The notes: a model not told the origin generated them from the sequence alone. 64,000 nt of DNA from Lingula anatina (GCA_051362555.1 CM120648.1:13078587-13142586), one strand, 5' to 3'; shown: positions 38,101 to 52,133, numbered from the stretch's first letter. Numbers and translations: made by a program.

Positions 38101-41100
38101 TCTCAAACCAAGTGCCGTCTGAAACACATGTTTTATTCATATATAATATAATATAATATAATATAATATAATATAATATAATATAATATACAGGTAATAT
38201 CGTCTATTTAAGTTCCGTAGACTAGTGCTCTTCCCATTGCTAAGAGATGATTATTAAAGCAAGAAAACTATGTTTAACTTTTTGAACTATAGAAGTATTA
38301 TGTGCTAGAATAGAATACTTCTAGAAAAAGCTTCGGACTAAAGTTATGCTGTGAAATAGGCCACTGCCATGAGTGAGGAATCAATGCCCTATACTAGCAT
38401 GTTGACAGCAGACCGTATTTGGTTTAGTACTATCGTATTTTAAAAACAATCTTTCAATTATAAAATTAGATTGCAACAGCTCTTATTTTTCACAATTGCA
38501 TAGGCTTACTTGTGGCTTTCTCCATAATAATTTCAATACAATTTCCGCGACGTATCAGACCATACAACTTTATGACGTTTGGGTTGTCGCAGAGGTTTAG
38601 AATACGTGGTTCTCTCCGATTGAATTCTCCGATAGGTATCTGTAATAATATGCAAATAAAGAAGCTCGTTGATATTGACTTCAGCAGCAATAGAACAGCA
38701 TATGCAATGACATTCGAAATAAAAACCATTGATTAAAATGCCTTTTACGGATAAACAAATCAGTATACAGGTATATTATTCACAGCATTGTTCTCAGAAT
38801 AAAGTATTTTTTCTTGAATCAAGAGCTTAATATTGAAATAATTTGTCTCTGATATTTTGATGTCTAACAGAGCACCTTCACCAGAGAATTCAAGTTTTCA
38901 GAAATTAAAAAAGAAGCATTATCTCTGGATTCATCAATCAAATGTGATCACCTTTTTCACAGCAAACGGCATTCCACTTTGAATATCAAAACCAAATGAT
39001 ACTTCTCCATAAGCTCCGCGACGTGGCTGCCCTTCCTTAGCAAAATGCATGTTTTCATCATACCTTCCATTATCGAGGCGAAGACCCTAATAAAAAAGAG
39101 AAACTTGCAAGAGATACTGACACTGAATATAAATGTGTTTCCACAAAGAGAATGCTGGTGTATACTTTTACGGTTAAAACAATACCTGTGTAGACCAATA
39201 TATAACTTAAGTGATTGGAGAAGGAAGATATCTGCTAATAATTAAGAATTAATAAATTAATTATAATGCAGCGATCTTTTCATTGCCTTGGATTGAACGC
39301 CTCTGATAATGTAAAACACTTCTACACGCACTGGACAATAGAAGTGTCACCCCTACTGAACCAATACTTTGGTTGAGATAAATGAATGAATGTGGAAATA
39401 TATGCTCCTGGTATCATTTTATTAACATCAAATTTCACAAAAAGGCCAACAATAAAATTCCATGGTACAGCGGTTTTATACCCATTAGTCACATTACAAC
39501 TTTGATTAATCTGATTCAGGGGGTGACACTTCTATTGTCCAGTGTGTGTACTATCCTGCCAGTAAAAATTATGAAACGTGATAACCTCAAACAAGACCAA
39601 TCCCTCAGCTTCACCATCGTTTTGATCTCCATAAAAACTCTCTTGATCCAACAAGCCATGTAAAGCATTATTATCTCCGTATGATATCTTTCCGTGATGC
39701 CCAAATCCCGTTGAAACTGGCAGATCACTCCCTCCCTCGGCGCCCCTTCCCAAATTAGGGTCATTAAATGGTGAGGAGTTGCTTTCTCTTCCTGTTGTTA
39801 CAGCTGAAGCCTCGCCTGAACTGAAGTCACTGTCAACACACTGTTCTGCCTCGGACAGATCCTCTACCTGTGTTGGCGATTGTTCATGTAGCACAACCTG
39901 CAAGGACAGATGGTAATGTTATACGCCTACATTTCACTTTAATCTTACTCATAACATGTTATTTTTATTTTGGCAAAAACGTGAGGGCACATTGAGATAC
40001 AAATTCCTTACTTCCTGTCCAAAGTACTGTCCAGTTGTCTGAGTTTCCGTGGATGAACAGATAGGCACAACACAACATATAACCAACGTCCAAACAAAGA
40101 CATGACGATATAGCCATTGTGCACACTTTTCAAACAATGTGGCTAGGTACTGAGGTCTGGTATCTGAAAGAAGAATAGTGACACCTTCAGTATGTAATAG
40201 TGTCGATGAAAAACTTGATGGATTTAACTTTATCCAAATTGCATCCTATATGCAATGACTAGAATTTGTACTTACTGGGTATATGTATATCCTGTTTATC
40301 CTTCGCCTTCCTACTTTTATTCAAAGGGGCAACTCGCAAACCACGTCTATTTTTGAACGGCCGTATGGTTTTAGTTTTGGTTGCTGGTGGGTAGCTAGTT
40401 TCCGCATTAAAATTACTCAGACACCAGTCCCAAAAAAGTATGTTTTGCTTAGTTTCGACGACAGTTATGGAAGCGATGACATCCATTGATTTGGCATCTC
40501 CTCGGTAGAGTGTGTAGCGGACTGTGTACTTTCCAAGAAAGCTGTGGCAAGGGTAACGCTTCAATACCTGATTACTGGATTCGAAACAAGCCTTGATGAC
40601 TTCAGCATCGAGGATATTTTTGAAGTTAACTTTCTCGACTGAGGCGTAGGTGGCCATAGCAAAATCGATGCCAAGATACGGAACCAAGTCAATCTCAGAC
40701 ACTTTTAAATTCTTTAGGGTCTCAGTGACCCGCAAGACAGATGAAATGGAGCTGACTGTCTGACTAATTAGACGAATCATGTCGGTGTCGATGTTGAAGG
40801 TAGTACGGTAGACAGTGGGAATGGTCTCGTCGTTTGCCAGTAAAGCACAACTGGAGCGTTTAATCTTGGTGGGGGTGGGGAACAGAGAGTAACAGTTGGA
40901 GTCGACGACAGCACTTGCAGGTGTCTGAGGAGCAATGGGGAGAGACGGTTGTTTCTTAGGCTTATGGTCGAGGTCAGCACTGAGATAGTCCATCTTCTTG
41001 TCGACACGAGCGTATTTCCCCCCTTCCACTCCTGCATGTTCGAAGATTGCCCTTTCGTCAGAAGTGACATCCACTGGTGAGTGCACTGTCAACTGCCTTT

Positions 41101-41638
41101 GTTCCGACAAGTTGATGATTTTTTCTGGTGTGTTAATGCCTGTGTGTACGTTTTGCCACACATCACCTTTGTTTGACAAAGGGTTTGCAATAAGTTCCTC
41201 GTCCGAATTTCCGGATACCACGAGTTTACTTGGACATTTACCCACCGTCGCTATATTTTCCTGCACTGGGTTCTGATATGAAGCTACCAGTAAATCAACA
41301 GTGATTTCTGACTGCTCACATCCTTGTGCGTTCTGTTGACCATCCACAGAACATATGTCCAATTTATTAGTGCAAAAGGCATAGTCTTCTTGTTTGAAGG
41401 TTGTTTCTTGGTTTAGGTTAGAGTTTGCTGATTCGGCAGGCTGCACTCCGTTCCGCAATTTGCTCTCTGAAAAGTCATGCCTACTAGTAACGCCCAGTTG
41501 TTTCAATAGTTCAGGTTTGCTTTCTGAATGTGAGTTATCTTCTGACCATATTTTATTATTGGGGATACATGTGTCTCTTGGATAATTGTTTCCCTTTGAT
41601 CCTTCGAAACGAAGCCTGTTGTTTCTCATGCATTCCAT
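35166..41638 (-). CDS. MAP kinase kinase kinase of the MAP3K8 (Tpl2/COT) / MAP3K14 (NIK) family, 904 aa, 11 coding exons
   Basis: Exons 41638-40276, 40163-40012, 39897-39586, 39086-38952, 38639-38510, 38118-37990, 37750-37661, 36381-36224, 35680-35551, 35361-35288, 35207-35166. All GT-AG and phase-compatible; 2715 nt. Kinase motifs: RGAYGEV, AVKK, alphaC Glu (FNRREPRIL), HRDLKPNN, DLG, YAAPE, DIWSLGC, LERDPNKR. The pre-kinase segment EGLVLFEGLRLDNGRY matches the extension shared by NIK (NEGVLL..KLKPVDYEY) and Tpl2 (ESGILL..PQNGRY). The last two small exons are less certain. Confidence 0.88.
38140..38190. repeat. (TAATA)n microsatellite in a kinase intron
   Basis: Direct inspection. Confidence 0.9.
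39323..39550. mobile_element. Tc1/mariner-type MITE, copy 1
   Basis: TA-flanked TIRs of about 28 bp, CAC(G/A)CACTGGACAATAGAAGTGTCACCCC. Confidence 0.88.
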
Positions 41639-41992
41639 TTCGAATGAAGATTTCTCTAAAAGAAAACAAATGTTATTATTGAAGAACACAACGTTTGTTA
41701 AAGTGTATCTTGTGAATGCGGTGCTCTGGAGTTAAATTTTACATATACGAATTTCATGTATCCTACTTCATTGATTAGTATTGAATGGTATTGTAGCTCT
41801 CTTTTAGCATATATTGATATACCAATAAGCTTATGTGGTGCATAACCAAAATAATATCGGTATTTCATAAATAATGTTAGGGGTCGTAAACGGCACACTC
41901 AGTAGGAATATGTAACAAAATATGAGAATAAATCGTCATAATGATGCATCTATGAAGACCTACTAAAAAGATGTAATATTCTGCCCATGATC

Positions 41993-42232
41993 TACACACA
42001 CTGGACAATAGAAGTGTCACCCCCTGAATCAGAGTAACCAAAGTTATTAACCTAAGGTGGAATATAAGCAATGTCAGAATATCGATACAGTTGAATTATT
42101 CAGTCAAAACCGTTTCTTTTGTGAAAGTTGATGTTAATAAAATGGTACCAGGAGCATATCATCCCACAGTCATTTGTCTCCCACAAAGTATTGGTTCAGT
42201 AGGGGTGACACTTCTATTGTCCAGTGTGCGTA
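41993..42232. mobile_element. Tc1/mariner-type MITE, copy 2 (inverted relative to copy 1)
   Basis: Same TIRs and TA flanks; the internal sequence is the reverse complement of 39323-39550. Confidence 0.88.
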
Positions 42233-44189
42233 CACAGTGATTTGAAGAGTTTTTCAAAATATGAGAATGACAAGATTTGTCGGTTTTGTGAGCTCTTTTC
42301 TTCATTAAACCTGTTACGACACTTTTCTTTATTTTTAACATAATCAGTTGCAAAATTCGATTAGATCAGGGGGCTGCTCTACTTGTCACAAAATTGAAGA
42401 GTCTAATTAACTTCAGAGCACTATATCTTTGTCATAGAAGTGTACCTGTAGTCAGAGCTCTTTACCATTCAGATAAGATCAATGACCCAAGTCACCTCCT
42501 TCTCTCTATTTCTCCAAATCCTTTTCATTGCACACTTTGTCTTAAAATTCAGTTTCAGTGGTCGTAAATAAAAAACACTATTTTGAAAAAAAAGAGAAAA
42601 GAATGTTTGGGCCAAATGCTGCTGTTGCAGTGGTTTTTACCATTTTGAAAACTTTTTTGGTGGGATCTGCATTAAGTGTAAATCTTTTCCTTCCTCACAG
42701 GACATCAAAAGCCTCTTGCTTTCCTTTCAGTCATCATTTAGATGAGTACCACAGGTGGTATGCCTGAGATATTCTTCCTACCTGTTTAATAAAGCGCGGA
42801 TAAATCAGCAGAAGAACTAATTTGAAAACAAGAGGAATGTGGTTTGATGAACTATTCCCTTTTCAAATGAAAAGAAATTTGCCCTCGATATTGCCATAAT
42901 GTTGGCATTTTCCCTGTGGTAACGGGACTTCTCTCTGAAGTAAGTTTATGGGAGGAGAAACTTAATTGACTGATGTGCTTCTTAAAATGCAGTGGTGTTA
43001 GTTTTGTCACATCGTTGTGTGATCTATGACGCGTCTGTATAAGCAGCATTTTCTTGAAAGATTTGTAACAAATAGAGTAACCTGCTTTTGTACAACCAGT
43101 AAATCATGCGTAGCTTGACATATTATATGGTTGGGGACATAGGACGATATTGTTAAGGTGAAGCAAAAAGTCAATAACCCTTTTTCATTAAAGATATTGT
43201 GTACTTTGGCTATTTAATTTCTAAAGTTATTTTCAACAAATAACCATTTGTTAAATAATGTAAAGATTCATTGAGCAACTATTTAAGATTTCCATATTTC
43301 CTAAACAAGCAAAGGGTACCTACACATTTCAGAGTAGACCACTGAACATGGGGTTAATCTTTTCACTCTTAAAATTGATTTTGAAAAGAAGAAAAAGATA
43401 TATAAGTGTATTTTCCTATGCCTGGCCCTTTATGGTGAACCCAAATTCCACATTCATATTGTGCAACATTAAATATGTGGGTGTCAGATAAGTATGTAGC
43501 AGTAATGTGATTCAAGCTCATTTCATATTTTTATCTTCGACCCTATAAAGCCAATTGTTTTTGGACTTTGCGGAAAAACTACTATTATAATTCAATGTGA
43601 AACCCAAATAACAAAATTCGTTAACTGCTTCGAGATTTTGGCCTTTACAAGACAACACTTCGTAAGGCTATATATCGCCCCTTTTTCTAAATATCAATAC
43701 TTTCTTACATTTACAGTCAAAGACTATTTATCAGTCTTTATTGATGAAGTATTTTACGTTTTTGTGAACTTTCTTTACAGTCAGAAAATAAAGACATGGC
43801 GTCCACGTACCTGAGTAACTAATACCTGCTATACTGTACAACCAACTAATTGCATTCGGTTCTTTTTTTCTAATTCAGTTTCGCAGCCATTAACATACAG
43901 GTAATAAAGAACAAGAGACCAAAGTTCTGAATAAAGATCCCTCTTTTATTTTTTAAGAATAATTAGATTTTCCCATTTAACAAAGTACCAGTTTTCACAT
44001 AATCATAAGGGCTTTATAGCATTGTTTAACGTCCGAGGCCCAACTTCAATTAAGTTGTCATAATTTAGCTACATTTATGGTATCAAAACATTATTTACAA
44101 TAAAGCATGAAATCTTCTTTTAGAAACATGTTCTATCCGCTTTATAACATGTCCCATTTTCTATTCAACCTCATGACCCATTTAAGATA

Positions 44190-45118
44190 TTTATACAAGT
44201 GCGTGTACACTAAGTTTGAGGTTAATATTTCCCTGGAAGTATTTATCAATAGTACCTCTTGAATGTATATTCTGTTTGCAGGGTCTAGGTCGTTGAGGGT
44301 ACTGGAAATAGATCTAGGTTAAAATTCACAACAAGGTACACGTGTTAGCCTGGATACCTGTCATTTAACTTGACTTCCTTCCTTGGGGTGGTGGGTGCTT
44401 ATCAGACTAAAAAACAGCATACATGTATGTCTTTTTTCTGAATTTAAAATGTAACTTAAATATACATTTGATCAAATAAATCCTTAACTTAAGAGAGTAT
44501 TCAGGCCAGGAATACCTAAATTATGATAATGCGCCTAGAGAGCACCTCTAAACGTACACAAAATTGCTCATACCATTTGAATGCGGATGTATTTGCCTGC
44601 GCTATAACTTGAGTGCCATCACTGTAAATTCTTTCAAAATGACATTACTCGGTGTGTTTATCTATTTAACAAGTAAATAAGAAACAGGAACCTTTTTTCA
44701 AAAACATTAAGATATTGTTTTTTTTATTTTTAGTACATTTATATATTAATAATAATGATTTAAAAATCCACCCCGAGAACTACCTATGAAACTGGCAAAC
44801 TAGCTACATTGTATATATAGACACCATGAGCCAATTGCAAAAAGCCTCTAACCAAAGCTTTCTTTATACATGAGTGCAAGGTGCATATAAAACCTAAGTT
44901 ATGACAGCCCCTTTGAACACCAGTCACGGCCATATGGATTATCGATAAATACTGGAACTCCTATCAGTGGGACCACGAAACAAACCCCCTGACATCATAA
45001 CATCATAAAACAACATTTGACAATCCTTAAAGAAGCCTACAATCTAATGGCAGTACACGTTGTGTAAAAATTTAATACAGAAAGATTCTGTTGTTCATTC
45101 ATCCATGTGTACTATCAT

Positions 45119-45158
<40 letters not shown>

Positions 45159-47770
45159 CCCTACTACCGGCACATATATTGCTTTTTAATTGTGTAGCAA
45201 TATTGTCCTGCATGTGTTCATTTATTATACATTAACGTTAATACAGAGACTAGTATTATCACTGAATCACGCAGTATTACCACATAGGTGGTTTACCGCT
45301 GATAAAATCCTTGACCATAATGTTCATTTTTAATCCCTATTTAAGCTACCTCTTTAAATATCTCTTTAATATCTCTTTTAATACCTCTTTTAACAACTGC
45401 TATTTGTGAAGGACTCGAAAACGTGATTTTGAAATAAACATGTTTATCCACCAGACCTGTGAATGTATGCGGCATACAATGTATGTGAACGGGCGAAAGT
45501 GCTGCGAAATGAGACATGGTGTGTTTTATGGAAAAACGGACATACACGAACACAAACGGAAAGAGACGAACACACTACACTAACACAGTCACAATCGCAC
45601 ACATAAGTATACTGTATGTTACAATGACACTTTCTTTTAAGATTCACTTCCATGGTTGTCAGGATGTAAACGTATACGTACTTTGAAATTAAAATGCAAG
45701 TTCAGGGCCACAGAGGGATGGGGGTGACAGGAGTGCAGGTGACTCCCCTGAGATAAAAAAAAGAATTTTAAGCGATCTTTATAAAACAGCCCTTTCCTTC
45801 CTTTCAATGAATTAGAATGCCTTAACGTCAGTCGCCATCTGGGTAAATGAAAGACTATGTTTTTATTGCGAAAGAAAAAATACAGAAGATGAGCTTCACT
45901 TCCTTATAATATGTCCTTTTTATTCAGATTCATGACAAGAACTTTTAGATAAATGTCACTATTTTAATCCATGTTTTAGCAATTATAGTGATATAGAAAA
46001 AATTGTTTTTATTATGAATTGTGAATACCAATTTTTATTAGCTAAGACAGTTTTTAAAATGTTTAAAAGACGGAAATCTTTTAAATATGTCTCATAAGCT
46101 AAATATGGATGGATATTCTTTTTAACTAGTAGTTTACTTTATGCTGGTTTGCATGTATTTTATGTTTTAAGAATATGCGACACTTTAAATAAATAAAGCT
46201 ATAAATAAATAGATAAGTACCACAGGGGTAGTCAAAAATGCATTTATGCCTTCCAACCACCGTAGATATTGGCTTTGTGGATGGTGTATCTAGTGGCAAT
46301 AAAATAACTTCTTTAAGCAACATGTATTCCATTCCCATCAAAACAGATCCAATTTACTACACAGACTCATGTCTCATATAAAATCGAAGGTAAACATTCC
46401 ATTTATATCAATAAAATAGGTTGAATACACACTGGGGTTATCATGTTGCAGAGTCTGGGTCTTTGAGGGCACGCGGGATATATAGATCTATGTCACAATT
46501 CACAACCAGGTACATGTGTTGGCCTTTAGAAACTGTTATTTAAATTGGCTTCTTTCTTTGGGGTGGTGTGTCTTGGACTCAAGAATGCATATGTCTTTTT
46601 TATTTAAAATGTAACTTAAATATACATTTTGATATAATAAATCCTTTATTAAAGAGAGTATTTAGGCCAGGGATACTTAAATTGAAGTAATGCAATTAAA
46701 GAACACTATCTAAACGTGCACGGATTTTGATGCAGGTTTTTAGTTTCATTTTTTTTTAAACACGTATCTTGTTCATGTCATTCATATGTGGATCTATTGA
46801 CTTGTTCCCCAAATAACTTGTCTTTTATCACTATAAATTCATTCAAAATTCCATTGATCTGTGGGTTTATCATTTTATTCTTTAACATACATGTAGTGAC
46901 AAAAACATTTTCTCAAAAACATTGAATCCAACCTGGCAACTGCCTATAAAATTGACAAACTAGACACCCTGAGTTAACTGCAAGAAGTCTCTACCCAAAG
47001 CTTTCTTTGGACATGAGTGCAAGATGCATATAAATCCATATTTATACAAGTGCGTGTGACCTAATGTTAAGGTATATATTTCCATAGCAAATTTAGTCAA
47101 TACTACTACGTAAATGTGTTGAGGGCACGGGAGATAGATCTACAGGGTTACCACTTAATATGGAATATTATTTTTTGGCGAGTAAATTTTCTACAAAATA
47201 TTCAATTTCTCTCTAACTACTTTAAATCCAAAGCTGAGGTGTCACTCCATGTGTAGGTTAAAATTCACAACCAGGTACACGTGTTAGCCTTAAGCAACTG
47301 TCATTTAATATGGCTTTCCTCTTCATGGGGAGTGGGGTGAGACTCACAACCACGAACATTTCTTAAATTGAAGATGCAATCCTTTATGAAATCAAGTCTT
47401 CAAGTCAAGAATGCATGTACCTGAATTGCGATTATCCTCTTAGAGTTTCAACGTGTACCGTTTTTGGTGTACAGGTGGATTTATAGTTTCATTTTTCTTT
47501 TATATCAGTAGCTTATTCATACCCTTTGTATGTGGATCTATTGGGTTTTTTACAATACTGTTTATAGAATGGGCAAACGAGCTACCATGAGTCAATTGCA
47601 ACAAGCCTCTAACCAAATCTTTCTTATCATTTTTGGTCAGAAAATAATCACATGGATCTGAATACATATAAAACCAAAATCATGAAAGCCTCTTTAAAAT
47701 ACCATTTACAGTCAAAGGGAATGTTTATTTTGATTACTGGAACTCCTTCCATTGAGACCACAATGTCCTA
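44190..47770. repeat. Degenerate local triplication of a 0.6-0.8 kb unit upstream of the kinase
   Basis: Copies at about 44190-44980, 46450-47040 and 47041-47770 share anchors such as aattcacaacNaggtacaYgtgtt, ttatacaagtgcgtgt and actggaactcct. Confidence 0.75.
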
Positions 47771-47797
47771 TTCCCACAGGGTCCTATACCAATAGGC

Positions 47798-47960
47798 AGG
47801 GCCGTAGCCTCCGGGGGGGGGGGGGGGGGGGGGGGCAGGGGGGCAGCTGGGATTTAGAATTTTCCACACTGGTAGAGGGACATCCCCTCCCCCCTCGGGG
47901 GCTTCGCCCCCTCCCGTCCGCTCACTGCCCCCCTGGCATTTTGCTCAGGCTACGGCCCTA
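47798..47960. mobile_element. Short GC-rich inverted-repeat element (MITE/HINE-like)
   Basis: agggccgtagcct ... aggctacggccct inverted ends around a poly-G tract. Similar GC-rich hairpin elements lie near 15090-15230, 28745-28800 and 63520-63576. Confidence 0.6.
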
Positions 47961-48767
47961 ATAGGTATCAAAAAATCGTGGGATCTTTATAGTGTTAGCT
48001 TTTTCCTTTCTCTCAGTCTATCAGATATCTCTAAGGCTTAGCTAGTCTTTCTTTCGGCCAGCGTCTTGATAAGTACCACAGGAGGTTAACTAATAAAATA
48101 TTTCCTGTATTGTGGGCCTACACGTAGCCCTCTACATCTGCCTCCCCACCCTTTTCCCCAGGGGTGTACATATCTCAGCATATGGCTGAGGCTGGTGTAT
48201 CTAGCAGAGGCAGAACATCTCACCTTCTTTTAGCAACTTATATATTCCATCCACTTTATCACAGTCCCTGCTTACTTTCCAAGCTCATAACCTACATGTA
48301 CATACAATATAGACCGACTATACCGGACATGGGAGATTGCTTGTATCAACGCATTCCAACATATTTTTTGTTGTGAAGCGCAATCTTATTCATACCATGA
48401 GTTCATTGATGTATTGATCTCAAATGTGAAATTGTGAAAAATAACTTCAATAGAGTTTTGGCAAATGAATCATATGTTTCTACTTACTTTTTAACTAACT
48501 GCGCAGTTGTGTCGAAGCTACATAGGCGCTCGGCTGTCACCTTGATTGGATAGTAAACGATTGTCGTAAAGTCGCTAAATGATTTTAAAACCGGGTGCAT
48601 AAATTTTAAAACCACCTAGAACAATCTTAGACTGCCACATGAACATAATGCAATGCAAAAAACTATCAAAAGTGGTTAAAGCCTTCAAACCGAATGTCGT
48701 AAAGTCCCCATTTACCCCCAGAGGTCGCATTACACCGGGCTTACGGAGAAGAAGCCATGTCATTGGC

Positions 48768-48815
<48 letters not shown>

Positions 48816-49278
48816 ATTGACGCTGAGGTCAATATTTATAAATGACGAAATTCCACGTGGTGTTTACATCTGGGCACTGGGGCTAACGATGTTAACGCAG
48901 GAGGAAGCGCTTGGGGTACCAGTGCTTGGACACAATATTCTGTTATGTGGACAAGCTGGTACAGGAAAGAATACAACTCAAGAATAGTGAATGAATTAAA
49001 GAAGAAATACAAAAAAGTAAGGAATATGAGTATATACATGTACATGTAGCACACAAGAAGTTTTTTTTTTTTTTGTGTTCTTTCTTTCACTATTTTTTCG
49101 CCCATTGTGTAGGCGTACAATTTATGTACTATAAATAACAAATGGCCCTTGATCACTTAATAAGAAAACAAACATGGTGTGTGTACGAGTGTAAAATGCT
49201 TTCAACGCATGTAAATTTGATTCATATTCAGGTATGTTGTTTTTGCTGTTTTATATGTATTCTTTAAAATAAAACACA

Positions 49279-49436
49279 CTTAAATGTTCATTCTATACAC
49301 ATGGGTGAAAGTTTCAGGATTATGCCTGATTTCAGGATTTGGTCTTCATTTTGATTTTTTTTTTGATGGTCTAAATGAGATGAGAAATTGCAAGCTATGT
49401 TTTCAGGATTTTCAGTTTTAACAACTTTCACCTATG
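49279..49436. mobile_element. Small MITE
   Basis: Inverted ends catgggtgaaagtt / aactttcacctatg and internal tttcaggatt repeats. Confidence 0.55.
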
Positions 49437-50974
49437 CATACAAATTATTTGCAATGCCCCAGATGTTTTATCCTAAATTCTAGACAGTGTGTGTGTCTGC
49501 TTTGTATTAACACATTTAACTTTAATCCCTCACTAGTGTCACAGAGGACAGAACAATTTTAATGCAATAATTTTGGATGATTGGACTATCATAACCGAAA
49601 GGCATTCTGTGTGTCCAAATTTAGATTGTAAATGAGTGTTTATTGGAGAATAAACAGGTTCAGCTTAGGGACTTTTAAGTGCCCAAATTAAATTGAGAAA
49701 AACACGTGTTTATAAGACGGTACTGGAAAATATACAAGCTAAGCTTATGAATGTCTACCTGCCTAGATTAAAAATGAGCATTTCAATAGAGAGGTATTTG
49801 ACAATGCACAGATTGATCTTTTAAGTATCCATCATACAATGATTGAAACTTCTGATACTTGAACATTGACCCCCACTTGAATATTGACTGCCCAGTAAGC
49901 TGATTTAAGGTGCCTGGAAAGAGGGCTAGTGCTGATGTGCACGGAACACCTTATTAGTACATTAACTGGTAACTTGCTGAAATCAGAACTGTAAGCTGTT
50001 GATGAAATTTCCAATCTGTGTTCTTGTGACTTTTATTAAAGTAGCCAAGTAATGAAATACATATACCGGGCTTATTAAAATCCATGAAGCCTTTTAGGAC
50101 AATGGTACACTACCCCAATTTAAGTTCAATGAATCAAGCATTAAAACAGAAAATAAGAATGAATGGCAGTCATTCAGTTTACCAGAAAATCCAGAAATTA
50201 ATTTGTGTCGATTTTTTAGCCTTTAATTATTACATTTTTGCTATTTAACTGGAAATTTAAGATGTCATGTTCATGAATTATCTCTCTGTCTTTGTCACAA
50301 CAACAGGGATATCTGCCCTCCTTTTAAAAAAGATCGGTGCCCGCAGAGTGCATTCAACTTTTGCTTTGGATGATGGAAGACACAACAAAGAACACTTGGC
50401 CACCCGTATTTTGAGGGACCCCCAATACAAAGGCAGATATAATGGAATCACAAATATGGACTGTCTTATTTAGGATGAGGTGTCCATGTTTTCTGAGGTT
50501 GTTTGAGCAATTCGAGTACGAGCTGTCAGAGGATCTTAGATATTGATGGGGGGGTGCAAGTCATTTTCAGTGGTGATTTTTAGCAACTGCCACCTGTCCC
50601 AAATCATGATTATGTGGATTATGTGCATTTTGCTTTCCAGTCGGATATCTTTAGCCAAGTCTTCCCACATTACATATTGTTGACAGATGTCAAACGCCAG
50701 TAGGATCCTTCATTTATTGCTGCTATTCAGGAGTCAGCAAGAAGTTTTCTCGCTAAAATATCTGATGACTATCTTTTGGGACACTCTCGTACCCTATCAG
50801 ATAAATCTACAAACCCAACGTTTCTGTTTGCAACCAAATTCGAGGTGGAGTACCACAATGCCAGAGCCCTATAAAGACTACCAGGAGATCCAACAATTAT
50901 AACATCTCAAGATGAGGGTGACGTGTGTATTCAGACAAGGCTCATGAGTAGTTGGTGATAGATGTTATTACTTA

Positions 50975-52133
50975 GGCCATAATTTTTTTTATTTTTATGG
51001 ATGACATCCTCTGGAGACCCCGAAATCGGCGCGAGCGGGCGAAAAAAAAAACAGTCCAAAAAAACAACAAAATGCTACTTAAGTAAAGGAATGCTGTCAG
51101 TACACAGCTATAAACACATTTACCACCGAAATACGTATCAAACCAACACTATGTCTTTATCCATGCCCTCAAAATATTAAAGCATTGTCAATATTACGTA
51201 GAAAGGTAAAAAAAGGTTATGAATAGATATGCTGCATATTACCAAATCTATATTAAGGTTATTTTATGCAATTTGCTGGTATAACAATCAATAAAACAGA
51301 TAATAAACAAACAGTGTGTCTTTATTTGTGCTCTCAGAATATTAAAGCATTATGAACACTTAACAGAAATGTTAAAAAAGCATTCAAAGATATGCTTTAC
51401 ACTACCAAACCTATTAAAGGTCATTTCGGTCAATGCCGTTTTGTCTACTTTGACTCGCACGAGGCAGCCAATCTGTCGGGTGGCCTGTCCGACCTTCAGC
51501 CCACCTAATACCTCGACGACCTTGTCGACCCTGTTTTCGCTACAAAAAACATGTGCTGCCTTGGACAGAATGCCACTGAAATTTTGCGGGCGATAATCAC
51601 TGGCCGCTGCCAGCCTTTCATATAGAGGTAAATGTGCAGGGTCTAGCAGACGATACACTATCCGCCATATGAAATGTGTCAAATGAGAAAGGTGTGTCCG
51701 CACTTGTAAATTTTATAAACAGTGCTATGAGAAAACGGAAGCTATCCAAAATGAGATGACACCTGGTATTATACTTTAACTTTATTATTACTATGTACAT
51801 GTATTTAAACTTATGTATATTATAATTAGTAGTGTAGAGAGCCCATAAATGTACACTCATTTCATGTGCTCAAAAAATTATTATTATTAAATTATTATTA
51901 TATAATTATAGTGATATCTCCATGCCCAATATCAATGGCATACCAATCCAAAACGACGGCCTCCGTCCTCTTTGTGACTTTAATTGTGGTGTAACTTGAC
52001 TGTAATCCTATAGAGATGAATTTGACGTTTGCGACAACCGACTTGGTTGGGGGGGTGAGTTTTTTTTTCCGGAGAACGGACGAAAATCGGTGCGCGCGCA
52101 TGATGTCATCCATATAAATAAAAAAGTGTGGCC
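50975..52133. mobile_element. Zator-like non-autonomous DNA transposon nested in the helicase gene
   Basis: TIRs of about 32 bp (ggccataatttttttt..atggatgacatc / gatgtcatccat..aaaaaagtgtggcc) with a 3-bp TSD TTA. GG termini with a TWA TSD fit Zator; Harbinger is not excluded. Confidence 0.7.

Noticed and set aside
43805-43900. Possible 5' UTR exon of the kinase (donor cag|gtacgt near 43811)
   Set aside because: A lone donor motif without a supported start site or acceptor.
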